Shown: in pieces, positions 6,600 to 15,595 of the stretch | Position numbering within the stretch: the first letter of the stretch is position 1 | How the letters are laid out: every line of letters begins with the position of its first letter | Assembly (NCBI GenBank): GCA_041746575.1 | Contig: JBGTGT010000131.1 | Location: 1-22,264, forward strand | Direction of reading: 5' to 3' | From: Microcystaceae cyanobacterium | GTDB taxonomy: Bacteria > Cyanobacteriota > Cyanobacteriia > Cyanobacteriales > Microcystaceae | Length of the DNA stretch: 22,264 nt | Made by a program: the position numbers and the translations under genes | Notes under the pieces: generated by a model | The model's input: only the letters and a program-made list of their open reading frames with translations | Database searches by the model: none | What the model was told of the DNA's origin: nothing

Positions 6600-8009
6600 A
6601 TGGCTAAAGAAATTCAATTATTACAAAGTTTAAGTCATCTATTTAACGCCAATGACCTAAAAAGGTTAGAAGAAGGAGCACTCGCTGAACTTAAGGCACA
6701 AAGGCAATGGTTTGGCGCAATTGCCGCGTTGGAATCTTTATTACTATCCCTGCCGGCGGATGAAACAGGTTTAATCTTATCGGGGCCAACGGGTATCTTG
6801 AGTCATCCTTACCTCGTTAATCGGATGAAAACAGGTATTTTTAGCCCAGAAGCCCTAAAAAATGTTTTATTAACTCCTTTCCAGTTACCGGCGGCCAGTG
6901 AGAATACGGCTGAAACCGTACCTTGGGGGGGGATAACCGAACTCCCACTTTTTCCGCAAGATCCCATTGCAAAGGAGCTATTTTGCCTAATTTTTACGCC
7001 TAAATTTGGTTTATTGATGGTATTAGGCGAGGATTTTGAGGGAAACTCTCAATTTCATTTTTCTTTTGATCCAGAGATGGTTTATCGAGGATGGACGCTA
7101 TTAAAAACGCGTTTACTGATTACCCATCATCCTCAATTGGGGTATCTAGAAGCATTTATTAATGATCTTAATATTCCTTGTCCTGATTATCATTGGGTCA
7201 TGGAATTCAGTCGTTTGCTCCTTCACCATTTACCTGATCTTCCACCTTCTAGTTTACCGAAAACACGGAGGATTGAAACGGCGACGGCAGAAATAAACCA
7301 TCATGAGCTTCTTTCGTCGGACGCTGAATTATTACAGGCATTAACCCACGAAATTCGCACGCCTTTAACGACGATTCGCACGATGACTCAATTACTCCTA
7401 AAAAGAGGGAAACTAACCCCTCAAATGGAAAAATGTTTAGAAGTAATTGATCAAGAATGTACAGAACAAATTGACCGGATGGAATTGATTTTTCAGGCGG
7501 CAGAAATGGAAAGTACTCCCTTTGAAAAGAAAAATATTCAACTTGTTACTATCTCTTTGAAACAAGTGGTTCAAAATAGTATTCCTCGTTGGCAAAAACA
7601 AGCACAACGTCGTAATATTAAGTTGGATTTTTTACTTCCTGATAAATTGCCTCAAATTATTAGTGATCCGGCTAAATTGGATCAAATGTTGGGGGGATTG
7701 ATGGAAAAGGTTACTCGCAGTATCCCCAGTGGAGGTGAAATTAAAATTCAAGTTTCAACGGCTGGCCATCAGTTAAAGTTACAAGTCTATTCTTCTTCTA
7801 ACTATTTTAATAATCCCTTTAAGGCATTGGGACAGTTATTGATGTTTCAACCGAATACCGGAAGTGTTAGCTTGAATTTTAATGTTACTAAAAATCTATT
7901 TCAAGCATTAGGAGGTAAGTTAATTGTAAGGGAACAACCCTCGAAACAAGGAGAAATTTTTACGATTTTTCTGCCTTTAGATAATGTGAGTTCATCTGTA
8001 GAAGTTTAA
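6600..8009 (+). CDS. hik34: Sensor histidine kinase, Hik34-like, with degenerate ATPase domain
   Basis: H-box HEIRTPLTTIRT, then ID.ECTEQIDRMELIF.AAE and LMFQP.TG..SLN...TK.LFQA.GGKL. No canonical N box or DxGxG. The ortholog assignment is from recall. Confidence 0.75.
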   Translation: MAKEIQLLQSLSHLFNANDLKRLEEGALAELKAQRQWFGAIAALESLLLSLPADETGLILSGPTGILSHPYLVNRMKTGIFSPEALKNVLLTPFQLPAASENTAETVPWGGITELPLFPQDPIAKELFCLIFTPKFGLLMVLGEDFEGNSQFHFSFDPEMVYRGWTLLKTRLLITHHPQLGYLEAFINDLNIPCPDYHWVMEFSRLLLHHLPDLPPSSLPKTRRIETATAEINHHELLSSDAELLQALTHEIRTPLTTIRTMTQLLLKRGKLTPQMEKCLEVIDQECTEQIDRMELIFQAAEMESTPFEKKNIQLVTISLKQVVQNSIPRWQKQAQRRNIKLDFLLPDKLPQIISDPAKLDQMLGGLMEKVTRSIPSGGEIKIQVSTAGHQLKLQVYSSSNYFNNPFKALGQLLMFQPNTGSVSLNFNVTKNLFQALGGKLIVREQPSKQGEIFTIFLPLDNVSSSVEV

Positions 8010-8013
8010 TGAC

Positions 8014-9276
8014 ATGACGATTCATGTAGTGGGTATTGGGTTAGAGGGATTAGAAAGTTTATCGAAGTCAACGAAAATAATCGTTCAACAAGCAACGGTT
8101 TTAATAGGCAGTCATCGTCTTTTAAGTTATTTTCCTGAGCATCCTGCTATTCAAATTCAATTAACGGATTTTACGGCTATTATCGATCAGATAAAACTTT
8201 TTCTAGAACAAGATCATTTTGTTGTCATTTTAGCAACAGGCGATCCTTTATTCTTTGGTATTGGACGTTTATTATTAGAACGTTTTTCGGCTGATTTATT
8301 ACAGTTTTATCCTCATATTAATTGCGTTCAATTGGCATTTAATCGTCTGAAAATACCTTATCAGGATGCGGCAATTGTTAGTGTTCATGGTAGAGATTTA
8401 ACGGAATTAACTTCCTTTTTGCAAAAAGGCGTCAAAAAACTGGCTATTTTGACGGATAATATCAATCATCCTCCAGCGATCGCTCAATTTTACCTAAATC
8501 TTGCTTTGCCCTGTTATTATCATATTTTTGTTTGTGAGAATTTGGGAAGTTCTTCTGAAGAAATAGTGTCCTTCATCGGTAGAGATATTTCTATTCTTGC
8601 ACAAGAAGACCCCGATAAATTTTCAAGTTTAAATGTGGTTATTTTTTTGCGTAATTTTGAAGATTCTAAAAAATTGGAAATTGACAAATTATCCATTTTG
8701 GGTTTAAAAGATACTGATTTCTTTAGTTTTGAAGACCGTCCCAGCTTAATGACTAAAAAGGAAATTAGAACCTTAATTTTAGGAGAATTAAAATTACAAA
8801 ATTATCAAGTTGTTTGGGATATCGGTTCGGGTACAGGAAGCGTCGCCATCGAAATAGCTCGGTTGTGCCCGGATTCTCAAGTTTATGCTATCGAAAAAAC
8901 AGCGATGGGAATTTGTTTGATTGAAAAAAATTGCCAACAATTCCAAGTCAAAAATATTATCCCTGTTCAAGCATACGCACCCAATGAATTGGATATATTA
9001 CCTTTTCCCCATCGTATTTTTTTGGGGGGGACAGGGGGAAATATGATTCAGTTACTCGATTTCTGTCAAGATAGAATAGAAGATAATGGTATTATTGTTA
9101 TCGCTTTAGCAACATTGGAAAATCAAGCACAGTGCTTAACATGGTTTCAAGAAAATTCTTGGGATTATCAAGTTTTAATGGTACAAATTTCTCGTTCTGT
9201 TCCGGTGGCAAATTTAACTCGGCTTTCTCCTTTAAATCCGATTACGTTAATCACAGCACAGCGACATTTTACTTGA
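8014..9276 (+). CDS. cbiET: Bifunctional precorrin-6Y/cobalt-precorrin-7 C5,15-methyltransferase (CbiE-CbiT fusion, CobL)
   Basis: IHVVGIG, LATGDPLFFGIG, SVHGR, ENLG...E, MTKKEIR and the SAM motif WDIGSGTGSVAIE. It starts 4 bp after the kinase gene. Confidence 0.93.
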   Translation: MTIHVVGIGLEGLESLSKSTKIIVQQATVLIGSHRLLSYFPEHPAIQIQLTDFTAIIDQIKLFLEQDHFVVILATGDPLFFGIGRLLLERFSADLLQFYPHINCVQLAFNRLKIPYQDAAIVSVHGRDLTELTSFLQKGVKKLAILTDNINHPPAIAQFYLNLALPCYYHIFVCENLGSSSEEIVSFIGRDISILAQEDPDKFSSLNVVIFLRNFEDSKKLEIDKLSILGLKDTDFFSFEDRPSLMTKKEIRTLILGELKLQNYQVVWDIGSGTGSVAIEIARLCPDSQVYAIEKTAMGICLIEKNCQQFQVKNIIPVQAYAPNELDILPFPHRIFLGGTGGNMIQLLDFCQDRIEDNGIIVIALATLENQAQCLTWFQENSWDYQVLMVQISRSVPVANLTRLSPLNPITLITAQRHFT

Positions 9277-9288
9277 AAGTCGAATTTG

Positions 9289-9339
9289 AATCCCTTTTTT
9301 AAAATCATCCTAAAGGATGAGGCAACTGAAAAAGGGATT
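9289..9339. terminator. Nested hairpin after cbiET
   Basis: Outer 11-bp stem AATCCCTTTTT/AAAAAGGGATT, inner TCATCC-TAAA-GGATGA. Confidence 0.45.
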
Positions 9340-9416
9340 GAGACATACTTAGAATCAATCTAACTAAACGTTCCAAAATGAGGAACATTTTTCATCTTTA
9401 AGATTAAGATACTCTG

Positions 9417-9998
9417 ATGGCAAGACACAAAGCTTTTGATCAAGAACGCGTTCTTAGCCAAGCAATGGAAACCTTTTGGCGTTATGGCTATGAAGGGACG
9501 TCTATTCAAGATTTGGTGGAGAATATGGGGATTAATCGGGGAAGCATTTATGATACCTTTCAGGATAAACGTACCTTATTCTTGGCGGCGATCGCTCATT
9601 ATAACCAAACCGTGGTTAAGGAGATTGTTGCGCCTCTAGAGGATCACAATGCGTCTAAAAAGACAATTTTTGAGCTATTTGAGTATCTCGTTGTCCTGAT
9701 AACCACCGATTCTTGCTTAAAAGGCTGTTTTCTTACGAATACAACCGTCGAGCGCTGTCCTCACGATGCGGAAATTGCCACACAAATGGCTATCCATCTT
9801 AAACGGATTGAAAAGGCCTTTTTTCACGCTTTAGACAAGAGTCAACAGCTAGGAGAAATTGAAGAATCTAAGGATATTAAAACCTTGGCGGTCTATTTAA
9901 CGACTATTTTACAAGGATTGCAGGTAATGGGTAAAGTCTATCGAGATCCTCAACAATTAAGGGAAATTTGTCAAGTGGCCTTATCGATTTTAAACTAA
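9417..9998 (+). CDS. TetR/AcrR-family transcriptional regulator (NemR/ComR-like)
   Basis: MAR.K.FD...L..AM..FW..GYEGTS..DL...MGI.RGS.Y..F.DK..LF HTH, with GCFL.N in the C-domain. Confidence 0.93.
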   Translation: MARHKAFDQERVLSQAMETFWRYGYEGTSIQDLVENMGINRGSIYDTFQDKRTLFLAAIAHYNQTVVKEIVAPLEDHNASKKTIFELFEYLVVLITTDSCLKGCFLTNTTVERCPHDAEIATQMAIHLKRIEKAFFHALDKSQQLGEIEESKDIKTLAVYLTTILQGLQVMGKVYRDPQQLREICQVALSILN

Positions 9999-10073
9999 GC
10001 CAATTTCCGCTATCTTTTGCCTTAAATCTATTCTTTTTTGGAACAAATATTCAAACATAAAGGCGTTAGAATC

Positions 10074-10211
10074 ATGAACTTAACCCATGAATTAGCAAGC
10101 TTACAGAAGCAATTACGGTTAAAGCAACCCGAAGCAGTCAAAGATTGTACCAAACGACTTGCTCCCGCAGCGATTTTAGCCATCTTCCGAAATCTTTCTG
10201 TAACCGCTTAA
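10074..10211 (+). pseudogene. 45-aa in-frame internally deleted remnant of an AhpC/TSA peroxiredoxin-like gene
   Basis: MNLTHELASLQKQLRLKQPEAVK-DCTKRLAPAAILAIFRNLSVTA*. The halves resemble the N-terminus and the C-terminal DY.KR.DP..I...L tail of ~215-aa AhpC/TSA-like proteins. The catalytic core is absent. Confidence 0.6.
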
Positions 10212-10236
10212 TTTTCTATCAAGGAGGAAAATTATC

Positions 10237-10602
10237 ATGAATAATTCGGCAAATATCATTGTATTAACCGATGAAAACTTCAATGACGAAGTCTTACAAA
10301 GCCCTATTCTTGTTATCGTTGATTTTTGGGCGGCGTGGTGTGGTCCTTGTCGGGTGATGAATCCAATCGTGGCAGAATTAAGCGAAATCTTTGACACTCA
10401 AATCAAAGTTGCTAAATTAAATGTGGATGATTATCCTATGCTTGCCAGTCATCGCAGTCAATATAGGATTCAAGCTCTCCCTACCCTATTATTCTTCGAT
10501 GCAAGAGAAGTGGTAGATGAAGTAACAGGTTTATTACCAAAAGCAGCTCTAATGGAGAAAGTTCAGTCACTATTAACTCAGACTGAAATCTCCGCCGCTT
10601 AA
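10237..10602 (+). CDS. trxA: Thioredoxin
   Basis: VDFWAAWCGPC active site, KLNVD and ALPTL cis-Pro motif. AAGGAGG RBS. Confidence 0.93.
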   Translation: MNNSANIIVLTDENFNDEVLQSPILVIVDFWAAWCGPCRVMNPIVAELSEIFDTQIKVAKLNVDDYPMLASHRSQYRIQALPTLLFFDAREVVDEVTGLLPKAALMEKVQSLLTQTEISAA

Positions 10603-10788
10603 TCAACCGTCGTGAGGGAGCGAGTGTTAGGTTTGTCAAGATTCAATTTAGCTTGTGTCGGCTAGAATCTCGCACCTCATCCCTAATAATAACGAGAATG
10701 TTTTAGGAAGTGAAAATAGATTAAATTCTGTTTGGAGTACCAAAAAGCCAAAATTTTTTCACCATGCACTCATTACTGGAGAATCACC

Positions 10789-11403
10789 GTGATTGACCTT
10801 TATACCTTTACCACCCCCAACGGACGCAAACCTGCCATTATGCTAGAGGAAGTCGGACTTCCTTACACCCTCAAAATGATTAATATTGGCAAAGGAGAGC
10901 AATTTTCTCCTGAATTTGTTGCTATTAACCCGAATAGTAAAATTCCCGCTATGGTTGATCATGAAACCAATATCAAAGTGTTTGAATCAGGTGCAATTTT
11001 AATCTATCTTGCTGAAAAAACGAGAAAATTTTTACCGACTGACTTAGAGGCGCGATTTCAAGTCATTGAATGGTTAATGTTTCAAATGGGAGGCGTCGGG
11101 CCGATGTTCGGACAATTAGGTCATTTTCGCCATTCTGCTCCTGAAAAAATTGAATATGCGATTAATCGCTACGAAAAAGAAGCCCTACGTTTATTCGGCG
11201 TCTTGGATGAACAATTAGCACATCATGAGTATATCGCGGGGGATTATTCCATTGCCGATATGGCGACGTTTCCGTGGGTGGCGGCTTATAAATACTTGGA
11301 GGTGAGTTTAGATGATTATGTTCATCTTAATCGATGGCAAGAAGCGATGAAAGAGCGTCCAGCCGTGCAACGGGGGATGAAACTCAGTATCGAGTCGAAT
11401 TAA
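10789..11403 (+). CDS. Glutathione S-transferase, YfcG/Nu-class-like
   Basis: MIDLYTFTTPNGRK, INPNSKIPA, VFESGAILIYLAEK, WLMFQMGG.GP..GQ and YSIAD. I moved the start to GTG 10789 (GGAG RBS at 10778) from the TTG at 10732. Confidence 0.92.
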   Translation: MIDLYTFTTPNGRKPAIMLEEVGLPYTLKMINIGKGEQFSPEFVAINPNSKIPAMVDHETNIKVFESGAILIYLAEKTRKFLPTDLEARFQVIEWLMFQMGGVGPMFGQLGHFRHSAPEKIEYAINRYEKEALRLFGVLDEQLAHHEYIAGDYSIADMATFPWVAAYKYLEVSLDDYVHLNRWQEAMKERPAVQRGMKLSIESN

Positions 11404-11588
11404 ATCTTTTAAGGCTTATTTATCATCAGATCAGAAGGCGTGAACCTTGCTCATTCTTCTGTCTCTTTTTTTATTCCACTTTTTTCCCTTTTCTTTTCCC
11501 TTAGCCTTCCCTATTTTTGGGGACTGACATCCAGTCGTCGTAAGGGTTAGCCTAAAGATAACAAAAAAATGTTAAGGAAATTATTGCT

Positions 11589-12350
11589 ATGTTTACTTCT
11601 AAAACTGCTCAGTTTAGTTTTTTAACTCTTTTAGTCGGTGTAACTTCCGTCATGCCTTTAAATCCTGCCCTTGCTCAAGATTATCGGACATATGGCGACT
11701 CAAACAATGATTATCAATATCTTTCCGGCGTAATTGAAGGAGGGACAACCATTCCAGTTACTTATTCTCAAAAAACCATTCAAATTGAACCTAATGAAAC
11801 AGTTCCCCTTACCTTAAAAGTGGCTAGATCGATCCGCGATCGCAATGGATCTGTTATCATTCCGTCAGGCAGTGAAATTGAAGGACAACTAGAACCCGTT
11901 GGTCAAGGCGTTCGCTATACAGCTACTAGAGTAAAAATTAATAATGGAGAGTGGATAAGCTTAAATGCCACCTCTAGTGTGGTTGGACGCACAGAAACAG
12001 TTAAAATTGGGGCAAGCACCGCCGATATTGTCAAAGGAACGTTAGCGGGAGCAGGAACGGCCACTGTCATCGCGGGAACGACAGGAGATAGAAGAATTGA
12101 CGCATTAGAAGTCCTTGCAGGAGCCGCCGTTGGTACGCTAGCAGGATGGGGTTTACCGGAAGCCGGTATTATCGGAGGGGGGACAAAAGAGGTCGTTGTG
12201 GTGAATCCTAGTCAGGATTTGACTTTAACAGTGCAATCTTCTCTCGGTTACGATGATTCTTACCGTCAAACTCAACCGAACTATCCCTCTCGTTATCCAG
12301 ACACTGCACCGAATAATGGTCGTCGTTGGTACGGCAATCGAGGTTGGTAG
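11589..12350 (+). CDS. Secreted cyanobacterial protein with Gly-zipper-like segment
   Basis: Signal peptide ending PALA, then GTTIPV, VPLTL.V...I.D.NG...IP.GS...GQL.P, GAGTATVIAG.TGDR.I.A.EVL.GA and V.P.QDLTLT. Function unknown. Confidence 0.8.
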   Translation: MFTSKTAQFSFLTLLVGVTSVMPLNPALAQDYRTYGDSNNDYQYLSGVIEGGTTIPVTYSQKTIQIEPNETVPLTLKVARSIRDRNGSVIIPSGSEIEGQLEPVGQGVRYTATRVKINNGEWISLNATSSVVGRTETVKIGASTADIVKGTLAGAGTATVIAGTTGDRRIDALEVLAGAAVGTLAGWGLPEAGIIGGGTKEVVVVNPSQDLTLTVQSSLGYDDSYRQTQPNYPSRYPDTAPNNGRRWYGNRGW

Positions 12351-12408
12351 GACTCAATGGAATTATCTCAGATATTTCTCGCTAAAATTTCTATTAATAG
12401 GCTCAAAA

Positions 12409-12440
12409 ATGAAGGGGGGTAGTATCGTAGCCCCCTTTAT
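12409..12440. terminator. Hairpin between convergent genes, likely bidirectional terminator
   Basis: ATGAAGGGGG(G)TA-GTATCG-TA(G)CCCCCTTTAT, flanked by A/T runs. Confidence 0.6.
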
Positions 12441-12450
12441 GATTTCTATC

Positions 12451-13470
12451 TTAGGAAGCGTTTAAAATACTGCTTAATGCTCGTCCCATGTTAGCGGGTT
12501 TCATGGCATCTGTAGCGGCAGAAGGTTCATAGCCACAATGTACCATACAGTCAGCGCATTTAGGATTACCACTGCGATAACCATAGTTTTCCCAATTAGT
12601 ATGCTCAATTAACGCTTTAAATGTTTGATAATGCCCTTCGTTTAGTAAATAGCAAGGTTTTTGCCAACCTAAAACGCTATAACTGGGACTTCCCCAAGGT
12701 GTACAGTCATAGTCTTTTTCTCCCATCAGGAAGTCTAAAAATAAAGGATTATGATTAAAATCCCATTTTTTCTGACCTTTTTTCCAAGGGTTAAGGATTT
12801 CTCTGAATAAAGCTTTTGTTTGCTCTCGCTTTAGAAAATGTTCTTGATCGGGCGCCCACTCGTAGCTGTAACCGGGGGATATCATCATACCATCCACCCC
12901 TAAATCCGTGAGAAAATCAAAAAATTCTTGCAATTCTTGAGGATTTGCTCCATCAAAAACCGTTGTATTAGTAGTGACTCGAAAACCTTTAGCTTTCGCC
13001 GTCTTGATCCCTGCAATTGCTTTATCAAATACCCCTTCCCTATCGACGCAATGATCGTGGTGTTCTCGTAATCCATCCAGATGAACACTAAAGGTTAAAT
13101 AGGGGGAAGGTTCAAATTTATCTAAACTTTTTTCTAATAGAATTGCATTGGTACAGAGATAGATAAATTTCTGCCGTTCGACCAAACCTTGAACAATTTC
13201 GGCAATTTGAGGATGTAAAAGAGGTTCTCCACCCGGAATTGAGACAACAGGCGCGCCACATTCTTCTACTGCTGCAAAGCATTCCTCAGGAGACAGATTT
13301 TGCTTAAGAATTTCGGGCGGATGTTGAATTTTGCCGCAACCTGAACAAGCTAAATTACAGCGAAAAAGTGGCTCTAGCATTAAAACAAGGGGAAAATGTT
13401 TGCGTCCTTTAAGCCGTTGCGCCACAATATAGCTACCGACGACTAACGCTTGCTTGAGTTGAACAGCCAT
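12451..13470 (-). CDS. hpnH: Adenosylhopane synthase radical SAM protein HpnH
   Basis: [54 protein letters not shown]...V.GWQKPCYL and [12 protein letters not shown]. Start set at ATG 13470 with a GAGGT RBS. Confidence 0.95.
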   Translation of the reverse strand: MAVQLKQALVVGSYIVAQRLKGRKHFPLVLMLEPLFRCNLACSGCGKIQHPPEILKQNLSPEECFAAVEECGAPVVSIPGGEPLLHPQIAEIVQGLVERQKFIYLCTNAILLEKSLDKFEPSPYLTFSVHLDGLREHHDHCVDREGVFDKAIAGIKTAKAKGFRVTTNTTVFDGANPQELQEFFDFLTDLGVDGMMISPGYSYEWAPDQEHFLKREQTKALFREILNPWKKGQKKWDFNHNPLFLDFLMGEKDYDCTPWGSPSYSVLGWQKPCYLLNEGHYQTFKALIEHTNWENYGYRSGNPKCADCMVHCGYEPSAATDAMKPANMGRALSSILNAS

Positions 13471-13603
13471 GAAAACCTCACACCCAGAGATAAATGAATT
13501 AGATGACAAAGTTGATTTAACATTATAGACGTTTATCTTTAAAATAGTTCACAAATTCGCTTAGGATATTGACTTCTATTCCCCATTTAGAAAACATATT
13601 CCA

Positions 13604-13960
13604 ATGGAATCACCCTTTTTATTAACTGAAATTATTCAAATCTATCCTTATCAATTGTTAGGTCAAGTTTATTTAGACTGGATGCCTCAAGCAGGAGATT
13701 ACATCGAGTTATCTCATAAAATGTATGCGGTGTTGGAGCGTCATCATCACTATCAATATCGACATGGTCGTTACTGTCTTGAAAAAATTGCGCTTTCTGT
13801 TCAAACGTGTCCTTATCCTATTAAAAAAAGCCTTTATAAAGGTCGTTGGGTGATCGGGGATAGTCGATGCCGTTATAATGCGCATTCTGAAATTTTACGC
13901 TGTGCAATTAATCCTGACGGTAGTTGTCACGATTGTTGTTTTTTTGAAGAAGAGGTGTAA
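13604..13960 (+). CDS. DUF6464-family Cys-rich protein
   Basis: Y.VLER.H.YQ...GRY.L.KI.L.VQ and IGD..CRYNA.SE.LRCA.NP.G.C..C. Confidence 0.8.
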   Translation: MESPFLLTEIIQIYPYQLLGQVYLDWMPQAGDYIELSHKMYAVLERHHHYQYRHGRYCLEKIALSVQTCPYPIKKSLYKGRWVIGDSRCRYNAHSEILRCAINPDGSCHDCCFFEEEV

Positions 13961-13969
13961 TTTTATGAT

Positions 13970-15586
13970 TCACCGTATGAATTCAATTTTTAATTGAAAA
14001 AGGAGATATTTTCCAATACTGTCCAAGGGAGAAATATTTATTTCAATCTTTTTATCTTGTTCAGCAAAAACAATTGGAAAGGTATTATTATCAATTAAAT
14101 TACAGGAAAAATAAGGATAACAAATGTAGGTTAATTCTGAATAACCTTGTTGTAATGCCGTTAATGCTAATTGCTTGAGTTGTTGGATAGTCGTGACTCT
14201 GAAAAAGAATTTATGATTGAGGCTGGGTTCTAAGCTCTGTGCGACAAATTGATGAGAAATAGCAATAATAGGCGGAGATTTCTCTAAATATTCTAAAATG
14301 GATCGAATACCTTGATGAGTTTGAACAAGGTAGTTCGCACCTTGAATTGTATTTTTGTAGATATTCAAGATAAGAAAAAGGGCTAAGATTCCTAGTCCAG
14401 TATATTTAAAAATCGTCTTTTTGCTTTGCCATAAAATCATAAAATTATGGGCAATTATTAAAGATAAAAAGGGTAATAAAATCAATAAAAAACGAGTTCC
14501 CCATTGTTTGCCTCCTGCTATTAATCCATTCGTTCCTGTTGGCACAATTAAAGACACGCCAAGAATAAATACTAAACTAATAAGATAAGTTGAAAGCGTT
14601 AACCAATCTATTTTTTTATGCAACCAAAAATTAAAAATAAAATAATAAAGAGAAAAGAGAACGATTGAGAAGTACTGTAGAAAAGTTAGACTTAATCCTT
14701 TAAAGTTAAAGAAAAACTCTCTTAATCTAGGGGTTAAAGAAGTTTGTTCAATAATTTGAATACCGTGAATGCCAGTTGGATAACCATAAATTAATTGATT
14801 ACAGAGAAAAAAGAGTCCAGTAGTTAAAATAATACTGGTAATAAATAGAATTTTTTGTGAAAACTTTTCTGAGGTAAATTGCTTTAAAAAAATAGTATTA
14901 GGGAAAATAGATTTAAAAAGACTTAAGCTCAAAAATACAACAACTGTTATTAAGTTGAAACATAAAAACTCGGGTCTAAACCAGACTGAAAAACCCAATA
15001 AAATTCCCGACAAAAGAGCAAAAAAAGCAGATAATTTATCTTGATAGAGAGATTCTAAAATTAAACCCATTCCCAAAAAGCTGAGAAACACTGCTAAGGA
15101 ATGTTCCCAATACATCGCACTATAAAGCGTTAAAAATGAGCCGAAAATAAGAATAATTAAACCTAAAGCGATCGCGTAATTAGGTAATTTTAAACGATAA
15201 CCTATCCAATAAAAAACCAACCAAACTCCCCAAGTGGCTACCAAAGGAATCAAATATAACCCTCGATAACCCAACCAATAATAAAAAGGAGCAGTAATTA
15301 AAGGAAACGTAAAAGGAAAGGTTATAAAATAGCGAGAATTGACTTGATAAACAAAAGGTTGTTGGTAAGGATATAACCCCTGATTCCATAAATCGGTTAC
15401 CCAAGTTTCTGAAGGAGAAATCAAATCAAAACGAAAAATTCCAGAACTGAATTGTTTTGCTAATAATGCCTTTAAGCCCGCATCGCCGCTAAAATAGACA
15501 CCGTTCGGTACTAAGAATTGTAGATAGCAACAAAAGCCAATACCCGCTACAATAATAAACAAAGGAATATAAAATTTTAACTTCAT
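13970..15586 (-). CDS. Polytopic membrane GT-C/PMT-like glycosyltransferase
   Basis: About 12 hydrophobic segments, with FSGDAGLK in the first loop, YS..YWEH.LA, WFRPE and GGKQWG.RFLL. Confidence 0.72.
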   Translation of the reverse strand: MKLKFYIPLFIIVAGIGFCCYLQFLVPNGVYFSGDAGLKALLAKQFSSGIFRFDLISPSETWVTDLWNQGLYPYQQPFVYQVNSRYFITFPFTFPLITAPFYYWLGYRGLYLIPLVATWGVWLVFYWIGYRLKLPNYAIALGLIILIFGSFLTLYSAMYWEHSLAVFLSFLGMGLILESLYQDKLSAFFALLSGILLGFSVWFRPEFLCFNLITVVVFLSLSLFKSIFPNTIFLKQFTSEKFSQKILFITSIILTTGLFFLCNQLIYGYPTGIHGIQIIEQTSLTPRLREFFFNFKGLSLTFLQYFSIVLFSLYYFIFNFWLHKKIDWLTLSTYLISLVFILGVSLIVPTGTNGLIAGGKQWGTRFLLILLPFLSLIIAHNFMILWQSKKTIFKYTGLGILALFLILNIYKNTIQGANYLVQTHQGIRSILEYLEKSPPIIAISHQFVAQSLEPSLNHKFFFRVTTIQQLKQLALTALQQGYSELTYICYPYFSCNLIDNNTFPIVFAEQDKKIEINISPLDSIGKYLLFQLKIEFIR

Positions 15587-15595
15587 TACCTTCTC

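Noticed and set aside
6600..8009. Hik2/CSK assignment
   Set aside because: It lacks the N-terminal Cys-containing GAF pattern and the HQ.RNPLTA H-box I associate with Hik2. The degenerate ATPase domain fits Hik34 better.
6315..8013. Cobalamin riboswitch for cbiET
   Set aside because: Only 4 bp precede cbiET, and no B12-box was recognisable upstream of the kinase.
11454..11518. Pyrimidine-rich tract as a functional repeat
   Set aside because: No regular unit. Low-complexity intergenic DNA.
11589..12350. Conjugation (TrbI/VirB10-like) system
   Set aside because: No other type IV secretion genes nearby. This family occurs as standalone chromosomal genes in cyanobacteria.
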